Assembly (NCBI GenBank): GCA_951406725.2
Contig: OX597817.1
Coordinates: 87,606,001 to 87,670,000, forward strand
Reading direction: 5' to 3'
Length of the DNA: 64,000 bases
Source of the DNA: Octopus vulgaris
Lineage: Eukaryota
The notes beneath the pieces were generated by a model. The model ran no database searches. It saw only the letters and a list, made by a program, of their open reading frames with translations, and was not told the origin of the DNA. Made by a program: the position numbers and the translations under genes. Shown in pieces: positions 1 through 12,657 of the stretch. Within the stretch, counting starts at the first letter, position 1; each line of letters starts with the position of its first letter.

Positions 1-925
1 AAAATGTGACAACCAATGCAGACTTTGTGCGGTTATCACCGAAGATATCACCCACATATATAGTTGTCCGAAAATGTCATCGCGGTATTATCTACGGTTA
101 TTATCATGATGTTGTAGCTAGGACACTCTATAAGGAAATCCGTCGGAAAGATAACCCCGAGGACAAAGAAATAAGAAGCTACTGTATGGTAGAATCCATA
201 GCCACTCATAATAAAAAGGAATAATGGTGTAATGACCCAGTGAAAACCTCAATAAAATGTAAGCACAACAGATCTGATATAATGATTTAGGATGCAGAAG
301 AGAAACTGTATACATTTGTGGAAATTAGTTGCCCACCGGATGTTAACATAAAGCTGAAAATCAGCGAAAAAGAGAGTATCTACGCTGAACTATTGAGAAA
401 TCTGCAGCTACTCTATCCAGATTACAAGTTCAGGTTTACACCTGTAAAAATTTGTTGCCCTGGGATATGTAACCCACTGCATAAATACCAATCTTGAGAA
501 ATTAGGCTTCTCAAAACTAGAAAGGAGAAAGCTAATTCGAAGACAACAGATCCAATCCATCACTGGGACTGTAAAATTTCCCAGAGGTTTATCATATTAT
601 AAGGTTGTCCCAAAAGTTCGTAGAAAGTCTTGGAAAATAATGGTCTTTATTTTGAGGAATAATTTTTTTTGTTTTTGTTAGTACTTGGCGAGTAAAAATT
701 CAATTTTCGCAAGTGTTTACGAACTTTTAGGACAACCTAATAATATATGAGCATGTCTAGATATGCAACTGTATGCATGAGAATATATACATAAAGCAAA
801 ACATACAATCTGCACACATACATACATACATACATACATACATACATACTTGCATACATACATACATACATACATACATACATACATACATACATACATA
901 CATACATACATACATACATACATAC
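1..925 (+). mobile_element. 3' end of restriction-like endonuclease (RLE) non-LTR retrotransposon (R4/Dong/NeSL-like), decayed, with (TACA)n tail
   Basis: Frameshifted translation gives the CRLC..EDITHI..CP zinc knuckle, HDVVARTLY, NRSDIMI (PD-like) and FVEISCPPDVNIKLKISEKESIY (PD-(D/E)xK core). The 3' UTR runs into (TACA)n at about 815-925. A second copy lies at 32071-32458. Confidence 0.88.
600..740. mobile_element. 141-bp Tc1/mariner MITE inserted in the RLE-LINE
   Basis: TIRs TAAGGTTGTCCCAAAAGTTCGTA / TACGAACTTTTAGGACAACCTAA with TA on both sides. Absent from the homologous LINE copy at about 32290. Confidence 0.88.
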
Positions 926-934
926 GTACATACT

Positions 935-1340
935 AGCACAGATGTGGTTGTGTTGTAAGAAGCTTGCTTCCCAACCAGGTTCAGTCCTACTGCGTGACAC
1001 CTTGGACTAGTGTCTTCTGCTATAGACTTGGGCCAACCAAAGCCTTGTGAGTGGATTTGGTAAGTGGAAATTGGAGGAAGCCCATCGTGTGTGTGTGTGT
1101 GTGTGTGTGTATGTTTGTGCGTGTGTGCGTGTGCGTGTGTGTGCGTATTTCTTTGTGTCTCTGTTTTACCCCCAATCAGCGCTTGACAGCTGGTGCTGGT
1201 GTATTTACCTCCCCGTAACTTAGCGGTTCGGCAAAAAGAGACCGATAGAATAAGTACAAGGCTTAAGAAATAAGTCCAGGGATCGGTTTGTTCGACTAAA
1301 AGACCTTCAAGGTGGTGCTCCAGAATAGAGAATAAAGAAT
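935..1340 (+). mobile_element. tRNA-derived SINE family A (CORE-like centre, internal (TG)n)
   Basis: A/B-box-like head (GGTTCAGTCC), ACCTTGG..GTGTCTTCT.CTATAG centre, (TG)n, then CCCGTAACTTAGCGGTTCGGCAAAA tail. More than 10 copies in the window. Confidence 0.85.
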
Positions 1341-1380
1341 GCATACATACATACATACATACATACATACATACATACAT

Positions 1381-1580
1381 AAGACGAGCTGGCAAAATCG
1401 TTAGCATGTCGGAGAAAATGCATGACGGCATTTCTTCTGGCTCTTTACATTGTGAGTTCAAATCCCGCCGAGGTCAATTTTGCCTTTTACCCTTTTTGTG
1501 TCGATAAAGCAAAGTACCACTCAATAACTAGAATAGATGTAATCGACTTGCCCATTCCCCAACAAAATTGCTGGCCTTGA
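1381..1580 (+). mobile_element. tRNA-derived SINE family B (Meta/Sauria-like central domain)
   Basis: GAGCTGGCA..ATCGTTAGC head, GAGTTCAAATCCCGCC B-box, and a GCCTTT(C)ATCCTTTCGGGGTCGATAAA..AAGTACC-like core. Confidence 0.82.
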
Positions 1581-1834
1581 AGCCTGCTAGGAACGGTCCC
1601 GTTCGGGGAGTATATTGTAATTTCAGTCACTTACATACCATGGAAAGAGGTAACCAGCCTTATAAATCTTAGGCTCAAGAAACATAACATATATACGCAT
1701 ACAACTTATATAGTCTAAATATGTTTTATTGAGGAAGAATAATAACGTTGTTAAAACTATTTGGTTTTAAAGATTGGACCAACTCCAATCTGCACAGCCT
1801 AAAAGTTTTCGACCATGCCCTTGAAAATTTATTC

Positions 1835-2059
1835 TTCTATTCTTTTCCTTGTTTCAGCCATTTGACTGCGGCCATACTGGAGAACTGCTTTAAAGGGCAT
1901 TTTTTTTAGTCGAAGAAATCGACTCTAGGACTTATTCTTTGTAAACCTGATACTTATTCTATTGGTTTCTTTTGCCGAACCGCTAGATTACGGGGACGTA
2001 AACACACCATCATCGGTTGTCAAGCGGTGGTGGGGAGAGAAACACAGACACAAAGACAC

Positions 2060-2106
<47 letters not shown>

Positions 2107-2232
2107 AATATATATATGTGACGTGCTTCTTTCAGTTCCCCTTTACAAAATCCACTCACAAGGCTTTGGTCAGCCCACGGCTATAGAAGAAGACACTTGT
2201 CCAAGGTTCCACGCAGTGGGACTGAACCCGTG
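1835..2232 (-). mobile_element. SINE family A
   Basis: Reverse complement of 935-1340 with internal (CA)n. Confidence 0.85.
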
Positions 2233-2274
2233 CTTAACATGTTTGTTAATATGTCATTAATATAAGGTTAATCT

Positions 2275-2498
2275 AAGGTGGTGAGCTTGCAGAATCGTTA
2301 GCACCCCGGGCAAAATGCTTACTGGCATTTCGTCTGTCATTGTGCTCTGAGTTCAAATTTCACCGAGGTCCGACTTAGACTTTCATCCTTCTGGTGGGAG
2401 AGAAGGCGATAAAATAAGTACCAATTGAGCAATGGGGTCGATGTGATCAACTTATCCCTCACTCCCGAAATTACTGGCCTAGTGTCAAAGTTTGAAAT
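2275..2498 (+). mobile_element. SINE family B
   Basis: Homologous to 1381-1580 and 55864-56080. Confidence 0.85.
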
Positions 2499-3049
2499 AT
2501 GAGGTTAATTTTAAGTGTTTGCTATTATTCAATCATGACATTATAAATGACCGTGGGATATCATAAACTATATATAATAATTTGCTTTCATTTCCTTATA
2601 ACAAACAAAGGTGACGATCCTTGTTAAAAACTAGTTTTATTTTACTGATACTCTTGAAAAGCATTAAATGCTGACACTTCTCATTTCCCTTCTTTAAAAC
2701 ATAACACTTTAGTCTTATAATATAATTAAGAAATGTAAATCTCCCTATGGTCTTCAAATACTGAGTTCTTCAAACAAAATGCCGCATCAAGTTTCATAAT
2801 TTATGAGTTTCATCATTAGACATGAAACGATTTGAAAAGTGCTATTGTTGCATTTGAGGATATTAACAGCTGTTGTTGAATACAAACTCACTACTCAGCA
2901 GCTAGAACAGAATACTCTATCCTTTTTTGCTGTTTCTACTCTTTTCTGAAGGCAATTTTTCTTCATATTTAAGAGCGAGATACGCAACTCGTTAGATAAT
3001 GGTGATGTTTAATTATTCCATTGCGTATAGCTTCTATAGATATTTCTTT

Positions 3050-3224
3050 CTCCTTCCCGCACAAGGCCTGAAATTTTGAGGAAAGGGGCTAGTCGATTAC
3101 ATCACCCCCAGAATTTAACTGGTACTTATTTTATCGACCCCAAAAGGGTGAAAGGCAAAGTCGACCTCGGCGGAATTTGAACTCAGAACTTAAAGCTGAC
3201 GATTCTACCAGCTCTCCACCTTTA
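3050..3224 (-). mobile_element. SINE family B
   Basis: CTGGTACTTATTTTATCGACCCC..GAAAGGCAAAGTCGACCTCGGCGGAATTTGAACTC, the reverse complement of the family core. Confidence 0.85.
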
Positions 3225-3804
3225 GCATGAACAATATTAGCTCTGCTCGACTATTGAAGACATGACGATCAAAATATGGCACTATTTGCAGAGTATGAGT
3301 AAAGACTAAGATTTGCGGAGTGTGGTGTAGAAGGTTTGTTTGCTCGTTCCTTTCTCAACAGCAACTGCCATGTTTATGAAATGAAATGAATCCAAGTCGA
3401 AATCAAAATTTGTGGAAGACACGGTCTACTAAAAGTATGTTTTTACCGTTTAGTTAGGAAATGAAATAGCCCATTTGTTTTACAGGGTCTCTGCTTATGT
3501 TAAACTGAAGTGAATGACTAAGACTACCATCGAAGAAATCAGAACGCAAAGAGCTAGAATAAACACCAGATAACTTTGTCGTCCATTGCTCTCACCATTC
3601 CGCCAATTCTCCAATTCTTGTTTGTTTTGTTTTTTTGCTTCAGAAGGATGAAAAACAAAGTTGAGTTCAATAGGTCTGAACTCAAGAGTACAAACCAGGA
3701 AAAGTACCTGAAGTCAGTTTGCCCTCGACTCCAAATACTCCGTACACAAATACACCCATCATCTCATGTAAACGAAGACACATTTTCATAGTCTTTGGGA
3801 AAGC

Positions 3805-3995
3805 TTGAAATAGCAGCCAAATACCACTTAAATTACAGCTTAAAGTTTGAAATGAAATAATAAAAACACTAAATGATTTAAACTTCTAAACACTATGTTT
3901 GAAAAAAGATGGGTCAGTCATGGATTGAATCTTTTCATCACAGGTTTTACTTAAACAGGGCCCACTTAAGCAGGAAAACGAAGGCAACGACAGTT
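3805..3995 (+). repeat. Old unclassified dispersed repeat family E (GAAATAGCAGCCAAAT...GGGCTAAACAACAAC type)
   Basis: Similar segments at about 4990-5170, 15520-15640 and 56675-56880 (+) and 60420-60580 (-). Confidence 0.55.
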
Positions 3996-4247
3996 GTTTT
4001 TATAGGCACAAAACTTGTGATGTATTGGAAAGACCTTTAATACGATTATAAAAACTTCACACATTCGTCGGACATTAATATTAATGATTTAAATCAAATG
4101 AAATAGATATAAATGAGAACTGAAACCTGGTTTCGGGTTTGGCTAAAAAAAAATATTTACTTTGTCGTCAAAGGTAATTGATGACCAACAGCACGAATGT
4201 GTATTTGTATCTGTTTAGATGTTTGTATAGAGCTGGGGCATGTGTGT

Positions 4248-4251
<4 letters not shown>

Positions 4252-4311
<60 letters not shown>

Positions 4312-4345
4312 TGAGAGAGAGAGAATAAAAGATACAGAGAGAGAA
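4252..4345. repeat. (GA)n microsatellite
   Basis: Direct reading. Confidence 0.95.
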
Positions 4346-5432
4346 AATGGGTAAGAGAAAGAGAAGCGAAGTGAATGAGAAATTTAAAATTCCACTTTAG
4401 GATGAAAGTGAAATGGGGTATTCGGAAAACTGTGAAGGAAAGTAAAAAGCAAAATAGAAAAGTGTTAATGTATGCCTTACAAATTGATATAAATTGATTG
4501 CTTTAAAAGAATTGTGACGTTGTTGTAAATAAATGTGTGTGGAATGAATATTAAAAAGATTGGAAGATTTCATTGTGAAAAACCATGACAACTACATGAA
4601 GTTGGTGATTGGTGATTTCCCTCATATAACATTCCACTAATGAGGAAGCAAGTCGTTCGACTGAAAAACCTTGGTCCACCGCTTTCCTGAAATGAGAGTT
4701 TAAACCAATAGACTATGGTCGTATGTTTAATGACGTTGTCATTACAATACCATTAAAAGGATAGTGTTCAATCGATGTAGAACACCTGCCTGGAACATTT
4801 AACATCAGCTCACTGCTACTCTAGCTTCTCAATGTTATAATAGGGGGAATATAATTATAATAATACTAAAGTTACAGGATTCTAAATAGCTTTATGTTAA
4901 TATATCTAGACTTGTCTCCAAGGTGACATACTATAGGGCTGCAGGTTCGTATCAAGGCCAATAATGAAGCGTCTACGTGATAACTTTATGAGCTCGACAT
5001 AATAGCTAAATTTCCTTAAATACCAAACTCTATCTTAAAAATGATTATAATGTTGTATTAGGGAAATAATGCTCTGAAAACAATAATAAAACATAATTGG
5101 AACAATAATAAAACATGATTGGAACGTTTTTAATGATATATTTTCTTTTTCTTTAAATATCATTAACTTAAACCAGCTCAATTACAGTTCGTGATCATAC
5201 GGAACATAGTAACTCTATAAACAATAGCTGTTACATAGAAGTACTGAGTTCAAGTCATCCTCGAAGCCAACATGGGGAAAAGCAAAGTCACATACTATCT
5301 CTAGTTACTATCAGTTTGGCGTATTATTACATCTTTATCATAGTGTCTCACATTAGAGTTTGTGAAATATGCACTGGCTTTTGTGAAACAGTCTTTATAT
5401 CTATGTATGTGAGTGTATGTATGTATATCAAT

Positions 5433-5494
<62 letters not shown>

Positions 5495-5496
<2 letters not shown>

Positions 5497-5674
5497 CGTG
5501 CTCGTGCGAAACCCATGTACAGGTGTGCACGCTCGCATCAATACACACATGCACGCAAAACCATATGTGCGCGTCTACATACCTACATATAGAACTATAT
5601 GGGTATGTAGACGCGCTCATATCGTTTTGCGTGCATGTGTGTACATCTGTATATGGGTTTTGCACACGCGCGTC
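5495..5674. repeat. About 180-bp imperfect palindrome inside a degenerate TG/CA tract
   Basis: GCACGCAAAACCATATGTGCGCGTCTACATACC..CATATAG-AA-CTATATG-GGTATGTAGACGCGCTCATATCGTTTTGCGTGC, loop at 5593-5594. Confidence 0.85.
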
Positions 5675-5895
5675 TGCACACACATACACACATACGCTTG
5701 GATGAACACGCACGCGCGCACATGCACACACATACGCGTGCATACGCACACATGCACACACATACACGCATACACACAGAGGCATGCGTATTAATTCATA
5801 TGTACATATATGTATTCGTATGCATGTATGCATGCATACCAGTGTGCGTACACATACACATGCGCGTGTACATGTGCATTCGTGCGCGCACAAAA

Positions 5896-7795
5896 TAAGC
5901 GTTGGGATTTGGTAAGCGTTAGGAATAGGAAAGCGTTTGGAATTGGTATGCGTTGGGGGTTGGTAAAGGTTGAAGATTGATAATTGGCGATCCTGCTCAT
6001 GGAGTTGACTGGTAGTGGTGACCTTGGTGCAAGCAGTGCAGAGTAGCAGCTAGTGCTAAGGTGATATATTCGGGTTGTCGACAGTCAGAGGCCTCAAATT
6101 TGCTAGAAGGACATACCTTTGGTCACAGCAGTACGATAAATCGTATTTCTTGTTGATATATACTGCGGCTTGTTGAAAGATATGCAGTTTTTCGCGGAAG
6201 CAGTGCTGGCAGTTGGGGGCGCCGGGTGAATATGGTGGTGCTCTGTCGACGATAGTCCACTTGATGCTGGGTATTTTATCTCTGAGATCACGGAGTCTCC
6301 AGAGAAAGTGAGACAGGGAAGTAGAGTTCTCTCTGTCCCTGGATCTGAACGGGTACATATGCTGGAAGTATCTTCCCTTGAAGACTTTAGCTGTCATACC
6401 CGTATAGTGTCTAGTAATGCCATCGGATGGTGTAAGGGTGGCTCTGTATACTATGGCCCTTGAAAGGCAAGATCCTTCTAGAGGGCACATGGTGGGGTTT
6501 CAGTAGTTGCTGGTTGGGGTTGGGATGGTGTGGGTACGTTTTTACGTCTGCTGAAGCATGCGATGTTAGATGCGATGTCGTCTAAGCAGCCGTAGCTCAC
6601 CTTGACATTATGGGGATGTGAAGAGTTTGTAATACTTATGACCTCTGGGGAAGTGTTTCTTAATTAGCGACAGGAAGCCCCTGACTACGTTAGTGGAAAC
6701 ATGTAGGTTGAAAGTGGGGTTATAACATAGTTTTCCTTCTCCTAATCTTTTTGGAGTGAGGAAAGGATGTTTGGGGTTGTCCACATACGTGGGCTTCTCA
6801 GTAAATCAGCTCCTAGCCAAAGCACCGTTGTAGTGGTGGGTGGCCCTGTTAAAGAGCTCTCTATTGGCCAAAAGATTAGACAGTCGTTTACTAATGCCTG
6901 GAACCAGGTTTCTAATTACAGCGGGGGATGGTTTGAGCTCTTGTGGATGTATACTGTATCCCCGTGAAGTTTCCTGTACGGGTAATACTTACCCATACTT
7001 AGGTCTAATGTTACGTCCAAGAAATCGACCGTAGTCAGGTTGGATGTAACCGATATGGACAGGCTGAACTCCTTAAATATTTTTATCAAGTCCTTCCTGA
7101 ACTTGTCCATAGTGTGGCCGTTCATATGACTTCAGATAGCCAGTCCGTCGTCCCCATAGAGGGCCGACCTATATGGGTGGGTACGTCTCTTGGGGGTATC
7201 CAGGATGTATAACCCAACAAGGTCGGCGATTTGAGCCCCGTCAAAACTCCCTATGAATCACCTTTTTTTTTTACCCAGAAGGAATCGTCGTGGGCCAGAA
7301 TTGACTTCCTGGTATTCATGATAATTCTGATGTCAAGGTCACTAATGCTGATGTATTGCTCAGTAAACGTCAGGGCTTTCAGAAGACGGGGCTTAGATAT
7401 AGAAGGGTAGAAGTCGACAATGTCGAACTTGATGAACCTATAGGCTGATTTATACTCGAAACTGCGGACCCAGTCGACTACGGCTACGCTAGAGTTCCAT
7501 TGATAGTATCAAGAATACGTTTGCTAATAATACCTATCTAACTTTTAGAGGGGTTGATCAGTCTGCATTTGGGATTGGAGTGGAAGTTAGGGTTATGGTC
7601 CTTAAGTGTAATATGGAGGGGGTGGCGAGGCAGACCGCGCGATCCTCTATATTAAGGCGGGTGGCTAGCTCCTTTGCTTCTGTATTTATGTCATTGTATA
7701 TGGATTTACGGGTTTTCTTGTATGTTTTGGTGATAGCAATTGTAAGAAGCCTTGAGTACGTAGAAGTGCTCATTTCATAAATGTTGATTGTTTTG
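5896..7795 (-). mobile_element. Penelope-like element (RT + C-terminal GIY-YIG; Naiad-like motifs), 5'-truncated pseudogene
   Basis: Minus-strand motifs ITKTYKK, FDIVDFYPSI, GSFDGAQIADLVGLY, YGDDGLAI, VDFLDVTLDL, YIHKSSNHPP, LIKKHFP, CPLEGSCL..IVYRA..YTGMT..FKGRY..H and CQHCFREKLHI. Several stops and frameshifts. Confidence 0.92.
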
Positions 7796-7937
7796 CACCT
7801 TTACAGATAATGTCGATTTGATGGAAGGAGTGAGCTTATGTGAACACAAACATTTGATCACTATAAACAAATCATCTGTGTGCTTGTTTGATAAGAAATT
7901 GTCGAAGTCTCATACTCCGTCTAACGACGGGATAGTT

Positions 7938-7942
<5 letters not shown>

Positions 7943-8021
<79 letters not shown>
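7943..8021. repeat. (TA)n microsatellite
   Basis: Direct reading. Confidence 0.95.
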
Positions 8022-8026
<5 letters not shown>

Positions 8027-8322
8027 CATTTTTAATGGCGAAATATCGGTCTCCACCACTTCTGAATTCGATAGGAAGTGGGTTGCCTCGCCTGTCTATG
8101 ACTTTCAGGTATTTTAGTACCCAACGTATTGAGGGAGTCGTCCCCCAGTAAACCGGCGAATAAACAGAAAACATACATTGAGTGTGCGCAATCGATAATA
8201 TATATAAGATAAAGGAATAAAATTAAGAATTTTATATTTATGCGAAGACAAGAAAAATAATAATTTATTGAGAAGTTTTTTCTCTTCACACCGTAAGCGT
8301 CTTTCCAGTTTATTCCTATATG

Positions 8323-8354
<32 letters not shown>

Positions 8355-8513
8355 AAAAAAAGGGAGAGAGAGAGCATTGTGTGAGTATAGAGAGAGAGAG
8401 GGAGGAGGGAGAGAGAGCTTACTACAGTTTCTGTAATATGTTTATACTATATTATTGTACATACAATATGTCTAAATCAATATGGAATATCTATTATGTA
8501 TTATCTATGCATA

Positions 8514-8730
8514 CGAGGCAGTTTCGAAAAGTTCCTGGCTTTGGGTAGAAGAAAATACAGGAGGATCAATTACTTATGCTATTTTTCGACATATTCTCTT
8601 CTCAGTTTCATATACTTATTGCAACGGCCTTTCAGGTTTTCTAAACCCTGTAAAAGAACTCGGAAGGCAGGGGCTCCAAGCAGGCTTTCCGCAATACCCT
8701 TAAAACCAATAACTTTTTAGCACCCCCTCG
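8514..8730. mobile_element. mariner-type MITE (CGAGGG termini), copy 1
   Basis: TA-CGAGGCAGTTTCGAAAAGTT ... AACTTTTTAGCACCCCCTCG-TA. A homologous copy lies at 12412-12630. Confidence 0.8.
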
Positions 8731-9366
8731 TATATTATCTATAGTATGCCTTACTATACTTTTGTATTTCTGATATAAGTACAATACCACAATATGTAAC
8801 GAAGCCAGTGCTCCAGTGTGTAACGCATTAACCATTATGTAGCTAATTAGAAATAATTATTTGGTGATGGCCAATGACTAACATTATTTTGATTTTTCTT
8901 ATAATTAAGGGAATCAACTCCAGGTATATTTTTGTCTTAGGACACCTTCTCGGTGAAGTGTAGATTTTTCTGAATTTCCCAATGTAATAGTGAGAGAATG
9001 GCTATGTAGATAAGCAATATTGTACACGAGTAGACATTAAATTAACATATTTTAGCGAACAAATTACTGAGATAAATGCTCTCAGAGATGTTATATTTCT
9101 GAGACGCTCTTTCCTGTTCACTACATTTCGTTGACGCCAACTTCACTTTTGTATTAATGATGATGGCACCTCTGAGTGGTTTATTTGTGTTATTTTCTTT
9201 TCCAAGCTGGTGTTGTTATAGTTGTTGGAGAATGATGCAACAACTGGCTATGAGGCAATGGAATGTACTAAGAGAACAAATTATGACTATAGAAAACTAC
9301 TTGAAACAAGTCCCATCATTGTCTAACGACCACAGACAAGAATAGCAAAGAGTCATCGATATTACT

Positions 9367-9578
9367 GATTTCAAATTTTGGCACAAGGCCAGCAAGTTCA
9401 AGGAAATAGATAAGTCGATTACACTCACTCCAGTCCTCAACTGGTACTTATTTTATCAACTCCAAAAGAATGATAGTTAGAGTTCACCTCGGCGGAATTT
9501 GAACTCAGAACGTAAAGACGGACGAAATGCCGCTAAGCATTTTGCCCAGCGTGTAACGATTATGCCAGTCTCTGCCTT
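9367..9578 (-). mobile_element. SINE family B
   Basis: Full-length reverse-complement copy. Confidence 0.85.
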
Positions 9579-11275
9579 TTATTCATTGATATTATTAACA
9601 TCCCAACAATTCCAAACACCCCCAAAAAACAGAAACAACACAGGAAGAATGTATTAAATGTTTCCTACGTTCTCACAGCTAATAATAAGCAAAAATTAAA
9701 AAACAATAATTCAAAGAATCGTAAATGTTTGTTCCAAATGAATGGTTGTTGCTTCTAAACATGTGGAATGCAGCGTATTTTCTGGCAAAGCCACTGTGGT
9801 AAACATGCCTAGAGACAAAACTATATGCTAGAGGAGAAATGTCAATTCCTGACCTTTTTACTTTGGTTGATCACAGCAATTCCAACCGTTTATCGTTCTC
9901 ACCTACATTAAATATAGAATGGTTTCCACAGCTTCAGATCGATAGATGTATCATAGTTATTGAAATGGGAATCAATGTTTATTATCTTAATGTTTAGCTG
10001 GGTCCTTGTTTTTGTGTTAACCACAATAATGTGGTAAATGGAAAAGTGAATTGATATTAGTACTTAGATAAAATATCATTCTTTTATATTCTGTATCAGA
10101 AATCCATGGTATAAAGATTTCTGTGCAAGCGAACAACATGATGACTTTAAGGTTGAGAAAGGTGAAGATCACTTGCAATATTATTACATTTATTCATCGA
10201 ACTCCTACTACCTGGTCATCTTCAATCTTGCTACTTCATGACCTCTACGATAATCAATCGCTTTAGTTGACTTCTTGATGATATTGCATTTGCCCTACAG
10301 AATCTTATTATAATTAGTTTTCTTTCTTTTATTGACAATTTATGGCCAAATATCTAGCAAACATGTCTTTTAGTTGAAGAGGACCAGCGTCATTCCGTCG
10401 CCACAATCTCCGCATTCCCATCTTGTGGTTAAATTATATTCTATTTTGTGAGTAACATTTTATGTTCTCTTATCTTCTTAGAACAGGAATAAAACCGTAG
10501 AACAGGAATAAAACCGTGAAATTAAACGTACATGACATTTCTGAACGTATTTTACTTCTTCTAGTTCGATGACCTTAGTTAATCTCTTGAGTTATATTAA
10601 TCCAATACCATCATAAAAATCAACGTTTGTAAATTGGAAAATTCTATGCAAGCTGTGGAATGCCGCTAAATTCTATCTCAGTAAAATTAGGGGAACACAC
10701 TTAAAATGTCATAAAATGCTTTGTAGTTCAAGTAAAGAATATTCAAATTCGGTATTAAAACATCTATCATAAACCTTAAGTACTTGTTAATCCAGAAAAT
10801 CCTACGCCACATGGAATCTCTAGTGTAGTTTAGTTGTTGAGTATTGAATGTTGTGTCTTTTCGTGTCTCTGTTGACAGCCATAGCCTTGTTCTTAATCCT
10901 TCGTATTAATTGTTAATAATGCTTTTAGGATTTGCAACTGCCAGATTAGTAAATATTGTTTTGAGGAATCGTATCAAAATGTGGAAAAACATTTTTATTG
11001 GAACTATTCAAAGATGTTGAATAGCTAAAACGGTATAGTGTAAGACAAAATGCAATGAGCGTTTAATTATGTCACATAATGTCCAGAGTTCAAGACCTGC
11101 TGGTGTCGAATTTTCCTTTTCATTTCTTCACCGTCTGTCCAATAAAAATCATTCAATTTAGTCAACTAATCTGGTACAGTGACTAAGTTAGAACTCTTTA
11201 TCAGAACAGCTTAACATAGATATGATTTCAAGAATTGTTTATCAAACACATGCTCACATATACACGTACGCGCGA

Positions 11276-11322
<47 letters not shown>

Positions 11323-11350
11323 TACATACATACATACATACATACATACA

Positions 11351-11382
<32 letters not shown>

Positions 11383-11965
11383 CATATATTTCGGAGATGA
11401 ATTTGACTGGCAAGAGATTTGATCTCTAAAACAAATACAGCGTTGAAGGCACATATCTATTCAAAATATACAAAGACAGTGGACTTAAACACTTATTTGG
11501 TGTCAATAAGCTTGTCACTGACAAGGTTTCACTGCACACATGCGTGCGCACATGCACACATACACAGGTACACAGATTGACAGACAGACAGACAGAGCTG
11601 TTTAATGTTTTTTAATGTGCCTGATTTGGAATGTGTTTAATATGTAGATTGGTCTATCCAATAGGGTTACACTGCTAAACTTGATGGATATTTCAGCAAT
11701 GCGTTCGTGGATAGTTGGTGGGTAGGATGTGTTGCTGATGAAAGAGCAATAACTCTCGAAATATGCATATACATCCATTACCTGTTTTTGCCTATCCTCC
11801 ATCACGTTGTTTACATTGGCGTATTCGTATACGAAACGTAACTGTCAGTGCTAGCTCTGAATTCCATGGAAAATCTGTAGAAATAAACTTTAAAATGAGA
11901 TATAAATATATGCAATTGCAAGCTCACACACACTCACACATATATACATACATATAGATATATAA

Positions 11966-12037
<72 letters not shown>

Positions 12038-12411
12038 TCATACATATATAATACATATATATTTGTTTATACACACACACGTATATACATATATGTATAA
12101 ATATCAACCTTTTCCGCGTTTTTCTTCCCGTTTGTTCTCTTGTTTTTCATAGAGCAGCGTCCTGGTTTTCAAATAGGTATAACGGTATTCACTGAGCCTT
12201 AAAGACTGCTTTGGGATGCATGGCATGTTATATAAATCTGCCAAATAACTGCATTGCCACAGCATAAAACTCTTAGTAGTTCTTTTTAAAATTGTGTCGA
12301 ATTATATATCTCTCTCACTGGATAGAGTACTTTTCCTGTTGATCCTACATACAACAGAACAGTAAACTACATATAATTATATATACGTACACACGCACGC
12401 ACACACACATA

Positions 12412-12630
12412 CACAGGGATGTTGAAAAGTTCCTGGTTTTGAGTAAAAGAAAATACAGGAAGATCAGTTAATTATGATTTTATTCAGCATATTCTTCTCT
12501 CAGATTCACACTTTTACTGCAACAGTACTTCAGTTTTTTTCTAAGGCCTGTAAGAGAGCTCGGAAGGGTGGGCCTCCAACTAGGCGTTTTGTGATACCCT
12601 TAAAGCCAGGAACTTTTCAGTACCCCTTCA
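12412..12630. mobile_element. mariner-type MITE, copy 2
   Basis: TGAAAAGTTCCTGG...CCAGGAACTTTTCA TIRs. Internal homology to 8514-8730. Confidence 0.8.
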
Positions 12631-12657
12631 TGTGTGTGTGAGTATATATATATTCAT

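Noticed and set aside
6500-6511. In-frame TGA in the PLE zinc-linker as possible selenocysteine
   Set aside because: It aligns with the Arg of CNCR (AGC AAC TAC TGA), so CGA-to-TGA CpG decay in a degraded copy explains it.
10214-10296. Minus-strand mini-exon candidate (GKCNIIKKSTKAIDYRRGHEVARLKMT)
   Set aside because: Weak polypyrimidine tract, weak donor and no recognisable homology.
10479-10516. 19-bp tandem duplication (a similar 22-bp one lies at about 5079-5122)
   Set aside because: Ordinary slippage or repair duplications.
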